Source: Vulcanimicrobiota bacterium (GTDB taxonomy: Bacteria; Vulcanimicrobiota; Xenobia; Xenobiales; JADMJV01). From it: 64,000 nt of DNA. Below are positions 54,514 to 62,801 of the stretch, piece after piece. The stretch covers positions 2,884,891 to 2,948,890 of the forward strand of contig JBFWNU010000001.1 of assembly GCA_050250895.1 (NCBI GenBank), given 5' to 3'. Position 1 is the stretch's first letter. Every line of letters starts with the position of its first letter. Below the pieces are notes generated by a model, which ran no database searches, had not been told where the DNA came from, and worked only from the letters and a program-made list of their open reading frames with translations. A program made the translations under genes and the position numbers.

Positions 54514-56295
54514 CTATTTATCGGGACCTTTCCCGTCGAGCAGGGCCGCGATGGTGCGGTGCAAGGTGGCTCGGTCTACGGGTTTGGTCAAGAACCCGTC
54601 CATTCCGGCATCCAAGCATCGTTCCCGCTCGCCGATCATGCAATGCGCCGTTAACGCCACCACGGGAATGGGTTTGCGACCCTCGAGCTGCTCTCGCTGG
54701 CGCAGTTTCGAAAAGACTTCGAAGCCGTTCATTCCCGGCATCTGAATATCGAGCAGCACGGCATCGTGGTGGCCTTGCGCGAGCCGTTCGAGGGCCCCCT
54801 CGCCGTTGATGGCAGTGTCCACCTCGTAGCCGCAGTTTTCGAGCATGAGGGTGGCTACCCGCAGACTGATCGGATTGTCTTCGACCAGCAGAATGCTCAG
54901 CGCGCGCGAGGGTGGCTGTAGCTCGCCTTCTTCCTCCGCCGCCTCGGCCTCCGGCAGGTCCAGACTGAAGCGAAAGTGGCTGCCCTGCCCGGGACGGCTG
55001 GTGAGTTCAAGCTGCCCACCCATGCGGGCTACCAGGGCAGCGGCGATGGCCAGCCCCAGGCCGGTCCCTTCGTGTTGGCGCGACAAGGAAGTGTCGGCCT
55101 GGACGAAAGGCTGGAAAATCCTTTCCTGGTCTTCTGGAGCCACTCCGACTCCGTTGTCCCAGACGGTGAACTGAAAACGCTCCCCCTCGCGCTCTACTTT
55201 CAGGCCGCAACGCCCTTTGGCGAACTTGATGGCGTTGCCCACCAGGTTGAGCAACACCTGACGCAGGCGCCCCCAGTCGCCCAGCAGCGTTTCCGGCAAG
55301 TCGTCGGGGTGCTCGAGTTCAAGCTTACATTGGCGCCTTTCGGCCTCGACCTCGAGCACTCCGACCAGTCGCTCGAGCGCTCGCGGCAGCGAGAACGGCC
55401 GGGGACGAATCTTGACGTGGCCAGCCTCCACTTTCGAGATGTCGAGGATGTCGTCGAGTACTCCCAGCAACTCACGAGCACCGCCATCGGCCAGGCGAAC
55501 GTAGTCTCGTTGCTGCTCTTCGAGTTCACTTTCGAGCAGCAGCTCGAGCATGCCCAGTACGGCCGTCATGGGAGTGCGCAACTCGTGGCTCATCATGGCC
55601 AGAAAGTCGGTCTTGGCGCGGCTGCCTGCCTCGGCCTGGTGGCGGGCCTCTTCGAGTTCGGCGTTCTTCTTCTCCAGCAATTCGCGAGCACGGTGGCGCT
55701 CGGAGATATCGTAACCGGTGCAGATGAGGTGGTCGCCGAAAGTGGTCAGACGCCAGGCGATGGTCAATTCATCCCACTCTGTCTCGCATTCGGGCGGCGG
55801 GGGCTCTTCGCTGAGACACTCGGCCAGATCGGGGAGCGTCTCTTCGAGAGGACGGTCGACGATGGCGTCCTGGCTCAGGGAAACGGCCTCGAGGAAGGTC
55901 CGGTTGACCCGCTCCACCCGCAGATCGCGGTCGGTGATCAGCACCAGAGCGCCTAAATTCTCCATCAGGGCCGAGAAGAAATCTCGCTCTTCGCGCAACT
56001 GCAGACGGGTGCGTTCGCGCTCGGTCACATCGCGCAGACAGGCCAGGACGGCCGGCTCGTTCTTCCACAGCAACGGGGTCAGGCGCATCTCGGCCAGGCC
56101 ACGCTGAGGACCCAGAATATCGACCTCGACGCATCCACTGGGTGCCAGGGGCAGGCCGAGCTGGGTGCCCTCGAGGTCGCGACCGAACATTCTCTGCGCG
56201 GCCGGGTTCGAAAAGCGGATCACTCCGTCCTCACCCAGGACCAGCATGCCGTCCACGGTGCTCTCGACGATACCCCACAGGTCTGAGGGAACCAC
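54514..56295 (-). CDS. Cytoplasmic PAS-PAS hybrid histidine kinase
   Basis: MSHELRTPM, QVLLNLVGNAIKF, DNGVG, GTGLGL, LLVEDN and DIQMP. The start overlaps the kaiC stop. Confidence 0.92.
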   Translation of the reverse strand: MVPSDLWGIVESTVDGMLVLGEDGVIRFSNPAAQRMFGRDLEGTQLGLPLAPSGCVEVDILGPQRGLAEMRLTPLLWKNEPAVLACLRDVTERERTRLQLREERDFFSALMENLGALVLITDRDLRVERVNRTFLEAVSLSQDAIVDRPLEETLPDLAECLSEEPPPPECETEWDELTIAWRLTTFGDHLICTGYDISERHRARELLEKKNAELEEARHQAEAGSRAKTDFLAMMSHELRTPMTAVLGMLELLLESELEEQQRDYVRLADGGARELLGVLDDILDISKVEAGHVKIRPRPFSLPRALERLVGVLEVEAERRQCKLELEHPDDLPETLLGDWGRLRQVLLNLVGNAIKFAKGRCGLKVEREGERFQFTVWDNGVGVAPEDQERIFQPFVQADTSLSRQHEGTGLGLAIAAALVARMGGQLELTSRPGQGSHFRFSLDLPEAEAAEEEGELQPPSRALSILLVEDNPISLRVATLMLENCGYEVDTAINGEGALERLAQGHHDAVLLDIQMPGMNGFEVFSKLRQREQLEGRKPIPVVALTAHCMIGERERCLDAGMDGFLTKPVDRATLHRTIAALLDGKGPDK

Positions 56296-57779
56296 TACAG
56301 TCTCTCTCCGCTGCTCAGGGCTTGCGAGAGATTGCCCGACAAGATTCCGAACACACCCTCGAAGGGCTGTTCGATCCGCATGCCATGCGTGGTGATCGTA
56401 TACTCGTGGATCACCTTGTCATGGGCCGAACCGCGCATCTTGAGCACGGCCAGACCGCGCCGCATCTTGCCGCAGATCTCCACATAGCGCAGCAGGATAA
56501 TGGTGTCGGTCAGGCTCGAGATATGCTCTTCGGTCACCGAGGTCGCGCCCGTCAACAGCGGAGTGGTCGAGGTAAAGAGCGCTGGCACGCCGCGCTCTTT
56601 GACGAACGAGGAGAGGGCCAACACGAATTCCCGAAACCCCTTCATCGACGAGACCCGTTCCAGGGCCGACAGGCTGTCGATGGCGATCCGGCGGGGGCCG
56701 AAGTCCTCGATTTCGTTGCGCATATAGAGCAACTGGTCTTCCAGGCTCGCCGTCTCGGGAAAGCGGCAACAGAGCTTGATGAGCCCCTTCTTTTCCAGCG
56801 ACCTGAAGTCGAAGCCCCAGCCCCGGGCGTTGCGCAGCAACTGTTCCCGGCTCTCTTCGAAGGCGAAGACCATCACTTTGTCGCCTTGCTGGGCGGCACG
56901 GCCCAAGAAATGAGTGGAGAGCAAGGTCTTACCGGTGCCCGTGGCGCCCGACACGAGGATGATCGAATCGCGGAAGAAGCCTCCGCCACACATCTCGTCC
57001 AAGCGCTCGACCCCACTCGAAACCCGCTCGTCGCTGGAACTTTGGGTGAGTTCTAGCGATGACAAAGGGATCACCATGACGCCGCGGTCGGGCAGTACCG
57101 AGAAGGGATACTCCCCTTTGTGGTGGGTGGTGCCGCGAAACTTCAGGATCTCGATGGTGCGGCGGCGCTTTTCTTCGGAGCGAAGGTTGCGCAGCACCAC
57201 CACATTGTCGGTGACGAACTCCTCGGCGCCGCTGGGGCGCTGGAGTTCGTTCTCGGGCCACTCCTGGGTGAGCAGAGAGGTGATGCCCCACTCGCGCAAC
57301 TGGCTGACGATGCGAAAGAGTTCGGCCCGGATCATGGCGGGATTCTTTAGCCGCATGAGAACGGCCGCGGCCGAGTCCATGACCAGGCGCTTGGCGCCGA
57401 CCTTGTTGACGGCGTGCTCGAGTCTGGCCAGCAGGCCACCCAGGTCATACTCACCCGTCACGGCTGCGTCATGATCGGCGTGATAGGACGCGTTCACGAA
57501 GCAGAACTTGCCTTCGCGTTCCCACTGCTCGATATCCCAACCGAAGCTCTCGACATTGCGCCGAATATCCTCGGGACGCTCTTCGAAGGTCACCATCACG
57601 CCCGACTGCTGGAACTGTTGGATTCCCTCGGCCAGAAACTGGAGAGCAAACGTGGTCTTGGCACTGCCGGTACTGCCGCACAGAAGGGTGCTGCGACCCT
57701 GGGGCAATCCACCCTCCGAGATGTTGTCAAAACCGGGGATGCCGGTCGGTAGTTTCTCGATGCATTTTCGCCTGCTCAC
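56295..57779 (-). CDS. kaiC: Circadian clock protein KaiC
   Basis: Two RecA-like domains: KLPTGIPGFD, GSTGSAKT, EEFVTDNV, GATGTGKT, HISSLTDTIILLRY and KMRGS.HDK. Confidence 0.93.
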   Translation of the reverse strand: MSRRKCIEKLPTGIPGFDNISEGGLPQGRSTLLCGSTGSAKTTFALQFLAEGIQQFQQSGVMVTFEERPEDIRRNVESFGWDIEQWEREGKFCFVNASYHADHDAAVTGEYDLGGLLARLEHAVNKVGAKRLVMDSAAAVLMRLKNPAMIRAELFRIVSQLREWGITSLLTQEWPENELQRPSGAEEFVTDNVVVLRNLRSEEKRRRTIEILKFRGTTHHKGEYPFSVLPDRGVMVIPLSSLELTQSSSDERVSSGVERLDEMCGGGFFRDSIILVSGATGTGKTLLSTHFLGRAAQQGDKVMVFAFEESREQLLRNARGWGFDFRSLEKKGLIKLCCRFPETASLEDQLLYMRNEIEDFGPRRIAIDSLSALERVSSMKGFREFVLALSSFVKERGVPALFTSTTPLLTGATSVTEEHISSLTDTIILLRYVEICGKMRRGLAVLKMRGSAHDKVIHEYTITTHGMRIEQPFEGVFGILSGNLSQALSSGERL

Positions 57780-58081
57780 GATGGTGTCTCTCCTTTCCGC
57801 GACGAGCTGCTAAGATCCAGGCCGAAGAGCACGGCCTCCGTGTCGGACAAATCCCCCACGACCCGTCTCTGGGGGCCGGGGGATTGGCGGACCAGTGTAG
57901 GCGTCATCAGCACCATCTCGTCTTCGGCCCGCTGAGGATTCTCGCGAACGTCCACCACCTCGAGCTGGTGCCTGTCGAGGTGTTGCTCGCAGATGCGCCG
58001 CAGATTGGCTATGGTCTTGGAGGAACGCGCTCCAGACCCGGCCACGTACAGTGTCAAGACCACCTCTGCCTCAGTCTCCAT
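57776..58081 (-). CDS. kaiB: Circadian clock protein KaiB
   Basis: LTLYVAG, LEVVDV..NPQRAE, TPTLVR..P.P.RRVVGDLS. Confidence 0.92.
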   Translation of the reverse strand: METEAEVVLTLYVAGSGARSSKTIANLRRICEQHLDRHQLEVVDVRENPQRAEDEMVLMTPTLVRQSPGPQRRVVGDLSDTEAVLFGLDLSSSSRKGETPS

Positions 58082-58251
58082 GGCATGCTCGATAGAAAAT
58101 CAACATAAATAAGAAAAACCCCCAGGGTCCAGCCGGTCTGCGCCGGCCTGCAGCCATGGTAGATCAGACGGAACCGAGGGTAATTATCCGGCCAGATTTT
58201 TTGGGGGTATCCCCTGGGATGCCCCGCCGTATAGCCAATGCGCGCCTAAGA

Positions 58252-58279
58252 CGAAGAGGCGCCCCGGGGCGCCTCTTCG
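58252..58279. terminator. 28-bp perfect palindrome downstream of the hemerythrin-like gene
   Basis: CGAAGAGGCGCCCCGGGGCGCCTCTTCG. Confidence 0.5.
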
Positions 58280-58284
58280 AGCAT

Positions 58285-58638
58285 TTAGGATGGGCGAGGT
58301 CGTGGCGGTAGGGGGATCTTCCAGTAGGATTCGAGCAGCTCGTCAAGGGACCAGCCGAGCGACTCGGCGCGGTCGTTGAGGAAGGCATAGACGACCATGT
58401 GTTTGTGGCGCCGGTTGGCCTGCAGGAGCTTGTCGAAGTGTTCCCATTCGCCTTTTGAGGCGAGCCATTCCATCTGGCCGTGTTCACGGCTCAGAGCGCT
58501 GGTAAAGCAGCCAGCGTCGCGGCCGGCCAGTTGGTCGAAAACGGGAAAGAGCACTTCTTCTTCCCATTCACACAGGTCACGCCAGCGGCAAAGCTGGGCG
58601 TCGAAGGCGGGGGGACGGATTGTCGTGGCGAGCGTCAT
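58285..58638 (-). CDS. Degenerate hemerythrin (HHE)-like protein
   Basis: EEEVLFP...L.REH motif; GGAGG SD before ATG 58638. Several His ligands are absent. Confidence 0.55.
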   Translation of the reverse strand: MTLATTIRPPAFDAQLCRWRDLCEWEEEVLFPVFDQLAGRDAGCFTSALSREHGQMEWLASKGEWEHFDKLLQANRRHKHMVVYAFLNDRAESLGWSLDELLESYWKIPLPPRPRPS

Positions 58639-58663
58639 ATTTTCCACCTCCTTACTCTTCCTT

Positions 58664-58705
58664 AGTATACCCCCTTTACAAATCTTTAACATTGATCAGG
58701 ATCAG
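58664..58705 (-). promoter_or_regulatory. FNR-type box TTGAT-CAGG-ATCAG with -10 TATACT
   Basis: Box 58692-58705 has a 9/10 match to TTGAT-N4-ATCAA and is centred 29.5 bp from the -10 (class II position). Confidence 0.6.
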
Positions 58706-58731
58706 GAGGCCGTCAAAGCGAAGGTCCCGCC

Positions 58732-60750
58732 GTGCATCAGCCCGGAAAGAGCTATCCCCTCGGCGCTACCCCCTCGGGGCAGGGGGTCAACTTCAGCGTC
58801 TACGCCCGCCACGCCGTCAAGGTCGAATTGCTGCTGTTCGACACGATCGAGCAACGCCAGCCAGCCCGCACCCTGCCGCTGTTTCGCACCTTCGACTACT
58901 GGCACGCTTTCGTGCCGGGCATCGAGCCGGGCCAACTCTATGCCTATCGGGCCAGCGGTCCGCATGCCCCGTCAGAGGGGCATCGCTACGACCATCAAAA
59001 GATCTTGCTCGACCCCTACGCGCGAGCGGTGGCGGTGCCTGAAGACTACGACCGGGAGGTGGCCAAGCGACCTGGCCTTTGTTCGGCCCGCAAGGGCGTG
59101 GTGGTCGACCGGCGCGGCTATGACTGGGAGGGTGACGAGCCGCCGCGTCACCCCTTCGACCGGACCATCCTCTACGAAGTGCACCTGGCCGGATTTACCA
59201 AGCATCCGTCTTCGGGAGTCTCGCAACCGGGAACGTTCTCCGGGCTGGTCGAGAAGATTCCCTATCTGCAAGAGTTGGGGATCACCGCGGTCGAGTTGCT
59301 GCCGGTCTTTCACTTCGACGAGCAAGACGCCCCGGCTGGCTTGACCAACTTTTGGGGCTACAGCCCGGTGTCGTTCTTTGCAGTCCACCCCGCCTTTAGC
59401 GCCGCCAGTGACCCCTTACGAGTGCTCGACGAGTTTCGCGACATGGTGAAGGCTCTGCATCGAGCCGGCATCGAGGTGATTCTGGATGTGGTCTACAACC
59501 ACACCGCCGAAGGTGACGAGACCGGGCCGACCCTCTCTCTGCGAGGGTTAGACAACGAAGTCTATTACACTCTCGGTGAAGAGCCGGGGACTTTCGCCAA
59601 CTATAGCGGCTGTGGCAATACGCTCAACGCCAATCGCTCGGTGGTGCGTCGCCTGATTGTCGATAGCCTGCGTTACTGGGTGACCGAGATGCATGTCGAC
59701 GGTTTTCGTTTTGACCTGGCCTCGATTCTGGCCCGCGACGAAGATGGTGAGCCCCTTTCGAATCCGCCGGTTTTGTGGGAGATCGAGACCGATCCGATGC
59801 TGGCGGGAGCCAAGCTCATTGCGGAAGCCTGGGATGCCGGCGGGCTCTATCAGGTTGGCAGCTTCATCGGCGACCGTTGGGCGGAATGGAACGGCCGTTT
59901 TCGCGACGATGTGCGGCGCTTTCTCAAGGCCGACCCTGGCTCGCTCAAGGTGCTGCCCGAGCGACTGCTGGCCAGTCCCGACATCTTCGCCCACGAAGAG
60001 CGTGAGCCCGAGCAAAGCATCAACTTCGTCACCTGTCACGACGGCTTCACCCTCAACGATGTGGTCAGCTACAACGACAAGCATAACCAGGCCAATCTCG
60101 AGCAGAGTCGCGATGGAACACCGACCAATTTCAGCTGGAACTGCGGGGTCGAAGGCCCCAGTGACGACCCCGAGGTCGAGGCTTTGCGCAACCGTCAGGT
60201 CAAGAATTTCTTCACCATCAACCTGCTCTCGGTGGGTGTGCCGATGTTGTTGGCCGGTGACGAGTTTCGGCGCACCCAGTGGGGCAACAACAACGCCTAC
60301 TGCCAGGACAGCGAGCTGAGCTGGGTCGACTGGCGTCTACTCGAGCGCCATCGGTCGTTGCAGCGTTTCGTAAGCCGCTTGATCGCCTTGCGACAAAGCC
60401 TCGAGCTCTATCGGCGCGAGCGCAATCTCACCCTTAACCAGTTTCTCGAAGAGGCCGCCATCCGTTGGCATGGCACCCGTCTGGACGAGCCCGACTGGAG
60501 CGAGCATTCGCACAGCCTGGCCCTCACTATCGAAGGTGAGCGCGAGCACATGCACTTTATCTTCAACAGCTACTGGAAGCCGCTGGAGTTCGAATTGCCG
60601 GCCCCGCCCACCGTGTGGTGGCGGGTGCTCGATACCTCTCTCGAGAGCCCCGAGGACATCACCGACCGCGGCCAATCAATGCATCAACCACCGACCTATT
60701 CCTGCGCGGCCCGCTCCTGCGTGGTTCTGCTGAGTTCGACCTCGCGATAG
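58732..60750 (+). CDS. glgX: Glycogen debranching enzyme
   Basis: YPLGAT, LLDPYA, NFWGYSP, DVVYNHTAE, DGFRFDLAS, IAEAWD, NFVTCHDGFTL and GNNNAYCQD. Confidence 0.96.
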   Translation: MHQPGKSYPLGATPSGQGVNFSVYARHAVKVELLLFDTIEQRQPARTLPLFRTFDYWHAFVPGIEPGQLYAYRASGPHAPSEGHRYDHQKILLDPYARAVAVPEDYDREVAKRPGLCSARKGVVVDRRGYDWEGDEPPRHPFDRTILYEVHLAGFTKHPSSGVSQPGTFSGLVEKIPYLQELGITAVELLPVFHFDEQDAPAGLTNFWGYSPVSFFAVHPAFSAASDPLRVLDEFRDMVKALHRAGIEVILDVVYNHTAEGDETGPTLSLRGLDNEVYYTLGEEPGTFANYSGCGNTLNANRSVVRRLIVDSLRYWVTEMHVDGFRFDLASILARDEDGEPLSNPPVLWEIETDPMLAGAKLIAEAWDAGGLYQVGSFIGDRWAEWNGRFRDDVRRFLKADPGSLKVLPERLLASPDIFAHEEREPEQSINFVTCHDGFTLNDVVSYNDKHNQANLEQSRDGTPTNFSWNCGVEGPSDDPEVEALRNRQVKNFFTINLLSVGVPMLLAGDEFRRTQWGNNNAYCQDSELSWVDWRLLERHRSLQRFVSRLIALRQSLELYRRERNLTLNQFLEEAAIRWHGTRLDEPDWSEHSHSLALTIEGEREHMHFIFNSYWKPLEFELPAPPTVWWRVLDTSLESPEDITDRGQSMHQPPTYSCAARSCVVLLSSTSR

Positions 60751-61298
60751 ATGTCGGCCAGCTTCAAGGTCACTCCGACCGAGGCGAGTTCGAGGCTCTG
60801 GTCAAGCTGCTGGAAGAGACTCGTGTGCCATTCACCGGGGCCAGTCCGAGTTCGTCGCTCGACCCGAGGTTGCTGGCTTACCAGCAGATACTCGGCCAGC
60901 GACGGCAAGCTTTGATAGAAGAGAAACTTCTCGCCCCGGTCATAGACCTCGGTCGAGGGCGAAAGAACCTCGACCACCAGGGTCGCGTCGGTCAGCGTGT
61001 CGCTTCGTCCCTCCAGGCGGGCGAGCGGTCCGCATACCACAAATAGGTCGGGGTAGGTGAACAAGTCGTGAGTAGCGATGAAAAGCCTCAGGTCCGTGAC
61101 GAAGACCTGGCATGGACCCCCTCGCAGAGCCAGACCCAGTTCGAGGGTCAGATTGCGGACGATCTGGTTGTGCTCCACCGTGCCACCCGTCATAGCGAAG
61201 ATCTGACCTTGATAGTATTCGCTGCGGGTCTCTGAGGCTTGTTCGAGAGCCAGATACTCGCGATGTTTGAAAAGACGCGGTTGCCGGTGGGCTAGCAT
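60696..61298 (-). CDS. Uma2 family endonuclease
   Basis: EY..GQIFAMTGG...H, YPDLFVVC, VEVLSPST..YDRGEK and EYLLVSQ. Confidence 0.92.
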   Translation of the reverse strand: MLAHRQPRLFKHREYLALEQASETRSEYYQGQIFAMTGGTVEHNQIVRNLTLELGLALRGGPCQVFVTDLRLFIATHDLFTYPDLFVVCGPLARLEGRSDTLTDATLVVEVLSPSTEVYDRGEKFLFYQSLPSLAEYLLVSQQPRVERRTRTGPGEWHTSLFQQLDQSLELASVGVTLKLADIYREVELSRTTQERAAQE

Positions 61299-61314
61299 GG
61301 GCTCATTCTAGCAT

Positions 61315-61340
61315 AAAAACGACCCGCCGCGACGGGTCGA
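61315..61340 (-). terminator. Rho-independent terminator
   Basis: Minus strand CGACCCG-TCGCGG-CGGGTCG followed by TTTTT. Confidence 0.65.
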
Positions 61341-61366
61341 TGTTCCCCCGACAATCCCGGTGTGGG

Positions 61367-61693
61367 TCAGGGCGAGGCGGCTACGGGCGTGTCCACCAGT
61401 AGCGCGCGGTTCTCGAGGTGGGCGTGGCCTTCGCCGGTGGCCAGCAAGCGGGCTTCGGCAGTCTCGAAATACAGCTTCCACAGGCCTTCGGGGGCGGGCG
61501 TGAAGAGGGGGTTTTTACCTTTGCGGGCTCGTTGCAGGTGGACGGCCATCAGCTCTTCAAGCGAGTCGAGAGCATCTTCGGGGGTCGACGCCGTGGCGGT
61601 CAGGTTGAAGTCGAGGCAGTGGGCGCTAAAGCTCGAGCCATCACCCACTACCAGGGTGCGAATCGGGATGTCGTGGTGATTGTCGGTGCACAT
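61367..61693 (-). CDS. HicB-like (RNase H-fold) protein
   Basis: FSAHCLDFNLTATASTPEDALDSLEELMAVHL matches the HicB N-domain pattern. Confidence 0.6.
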   Translation of the reverse strand: MCTDNHHDIPIRTLVVGDGSSFSAHCLDFNLTATASTPEDALDSLEELMAVHLQRARKGKNPLFTPAPEGLWKLYFETAEARLLATGEGHAHLENRALLVDTPVAASP

Positions 61694-61803
61694 CCTTACT
61701 TTTTCCCTAACGGATTGGGGAATGTCCTTCTTGGGAATGACTGTTCGAGAGGTGGCTTCGGGCGATTCCCGAAGCTTTGCTCACTGCGAAGCCGATCATC
61801 CTT

Positions 61804-62169
61804 GTGCACGAACTGTCCATCGCGCATAGTATCGTCGAGATGGTCAGTGAAGTGGCCGACCGCGAAGGAGCGACCCGAATCCTGGCCATCCACCTTCGTA
61901 TTGGAGCCCTGTCGGCGGTGGTCGAAGAAGCGCTGCGGTTCGCCTTCGAGATTGCGGCAGTGGGCACCCCGGCCGCCGAAGCGCGCCTCGAGATCGAGGC
62001 CGTGCCCGTGACCATCTTCTGCCAGGCCTGCCAGGCCGAGCATCAGCTCGCGTCGGTGCAGCGCTTCTTCTGCCCTGTCTGCCAGCAGCCCAGCGCCAAA
62101 ATCGTGGCCGGAAACGAACTTGAAGTGGTGCGTCTGGAAGTGGAGGACGCGTGCGAATTGTCGAGCTAA
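61804..62169 (+). CDS. hypA: Hydrogenase nickel metallochaperone HypA
   Basis: GTG-HELSIA, CQAC, CPVC and GNEL. Confidence 0.93.
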   Translation: MHELSIAHSIVEMVSEVADREGATRILAIHLRIGALSAVVEEALRFAFEIAAVGTPAAEARLEIEAVPVTIFCQACQAEHQLASVQRFFCPVCQQPSAKIVAGNELEVVRLEVEDACELSS

Positions 62170-62801
62170 AACAGGGCATTCTCAGCAAGAACGATCGACT
62201 GGCTCGCCACTTGCGCGAGCGCTTTCAAGAGGCGGGCGTCTTCGTGCTCAACCTGGTCTCGAGCCCCGGCACCGGCAAGACCGAGCTACTCGAGCGCACC
62301 CTGGCCGGCCTGCGCGAGCGCGGCCATCGCGTGGCCGCCCTGGTGGGTGACCTTCGCACCGACAACGATGCCGCCCGCCTGGCCCGCAGCGGGGCCCCGG
62401 TGCGCCAGATCGAGACCTCGGGCCTGTGTCATCTCGAAGCCAGGATGGTGAGCGACCATCTGGCCGACTGGAATCTCGACGAGTTGGATTTTCTCTTCCT
62501 CGAGAACGTCGGCAATCTGGTCTGCCCTTCGTCTTACGATCTGGGCGAGAGCCTTCGGGTGGTGCTACTGTCGGTCACCGAGGGCGAGGACAAGCCGCTC
62601 AAGTATCCTCCCATTTTCGCCTCGGCCGATCTCGCCGTCATCACCAAGTGGGATCTGGCCGGCCCCTGCGAGTTCGACCAGGCCACCGCCCTGGCCAACC
62701 TCGAATCAGTCCATCCAGGCCTGAAAGTGCTGACCACTTCGGCCCGCAAAGGCCACGGCATGGAAGGCTGGCTCGACTATCTCGAAGAGGCCCGCCCATG
62801 A
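62151..62801 (+). CDS. hypB: Hydrogenase nickel incorporation GTPase HypB
   Basis: NLVSSPGTGKT, CHL, ENVGNLVCP and EGEDKPLKYP. Confidence 0.95.
   Translation: MRIVELKQGILSKNDRLARHLRERFQEAGVFVLNLVSSPGTGKTELLERTLAGLRERGHRVAALVGDLRTDNDAARLARSGAPVRQIETSGLCHLEARMVSDHLADWNLDELDFLFLENVGNLVCPSSYDLGESLRVVLLSVTEGEDKPLKYPPIFASADLAVITKWDLAGPCEFDQATALANLESVHPGLKVLTTSARKGHGMEGWLDYLEEARP

Noticed and set aside
60696-60750. 55-bp convergent overlap of glgX and the Uma2 gene as a regulatory device
   Set aside because: Short 3' overlaps are common in GC-rich genomes, and nothing else supports a function.
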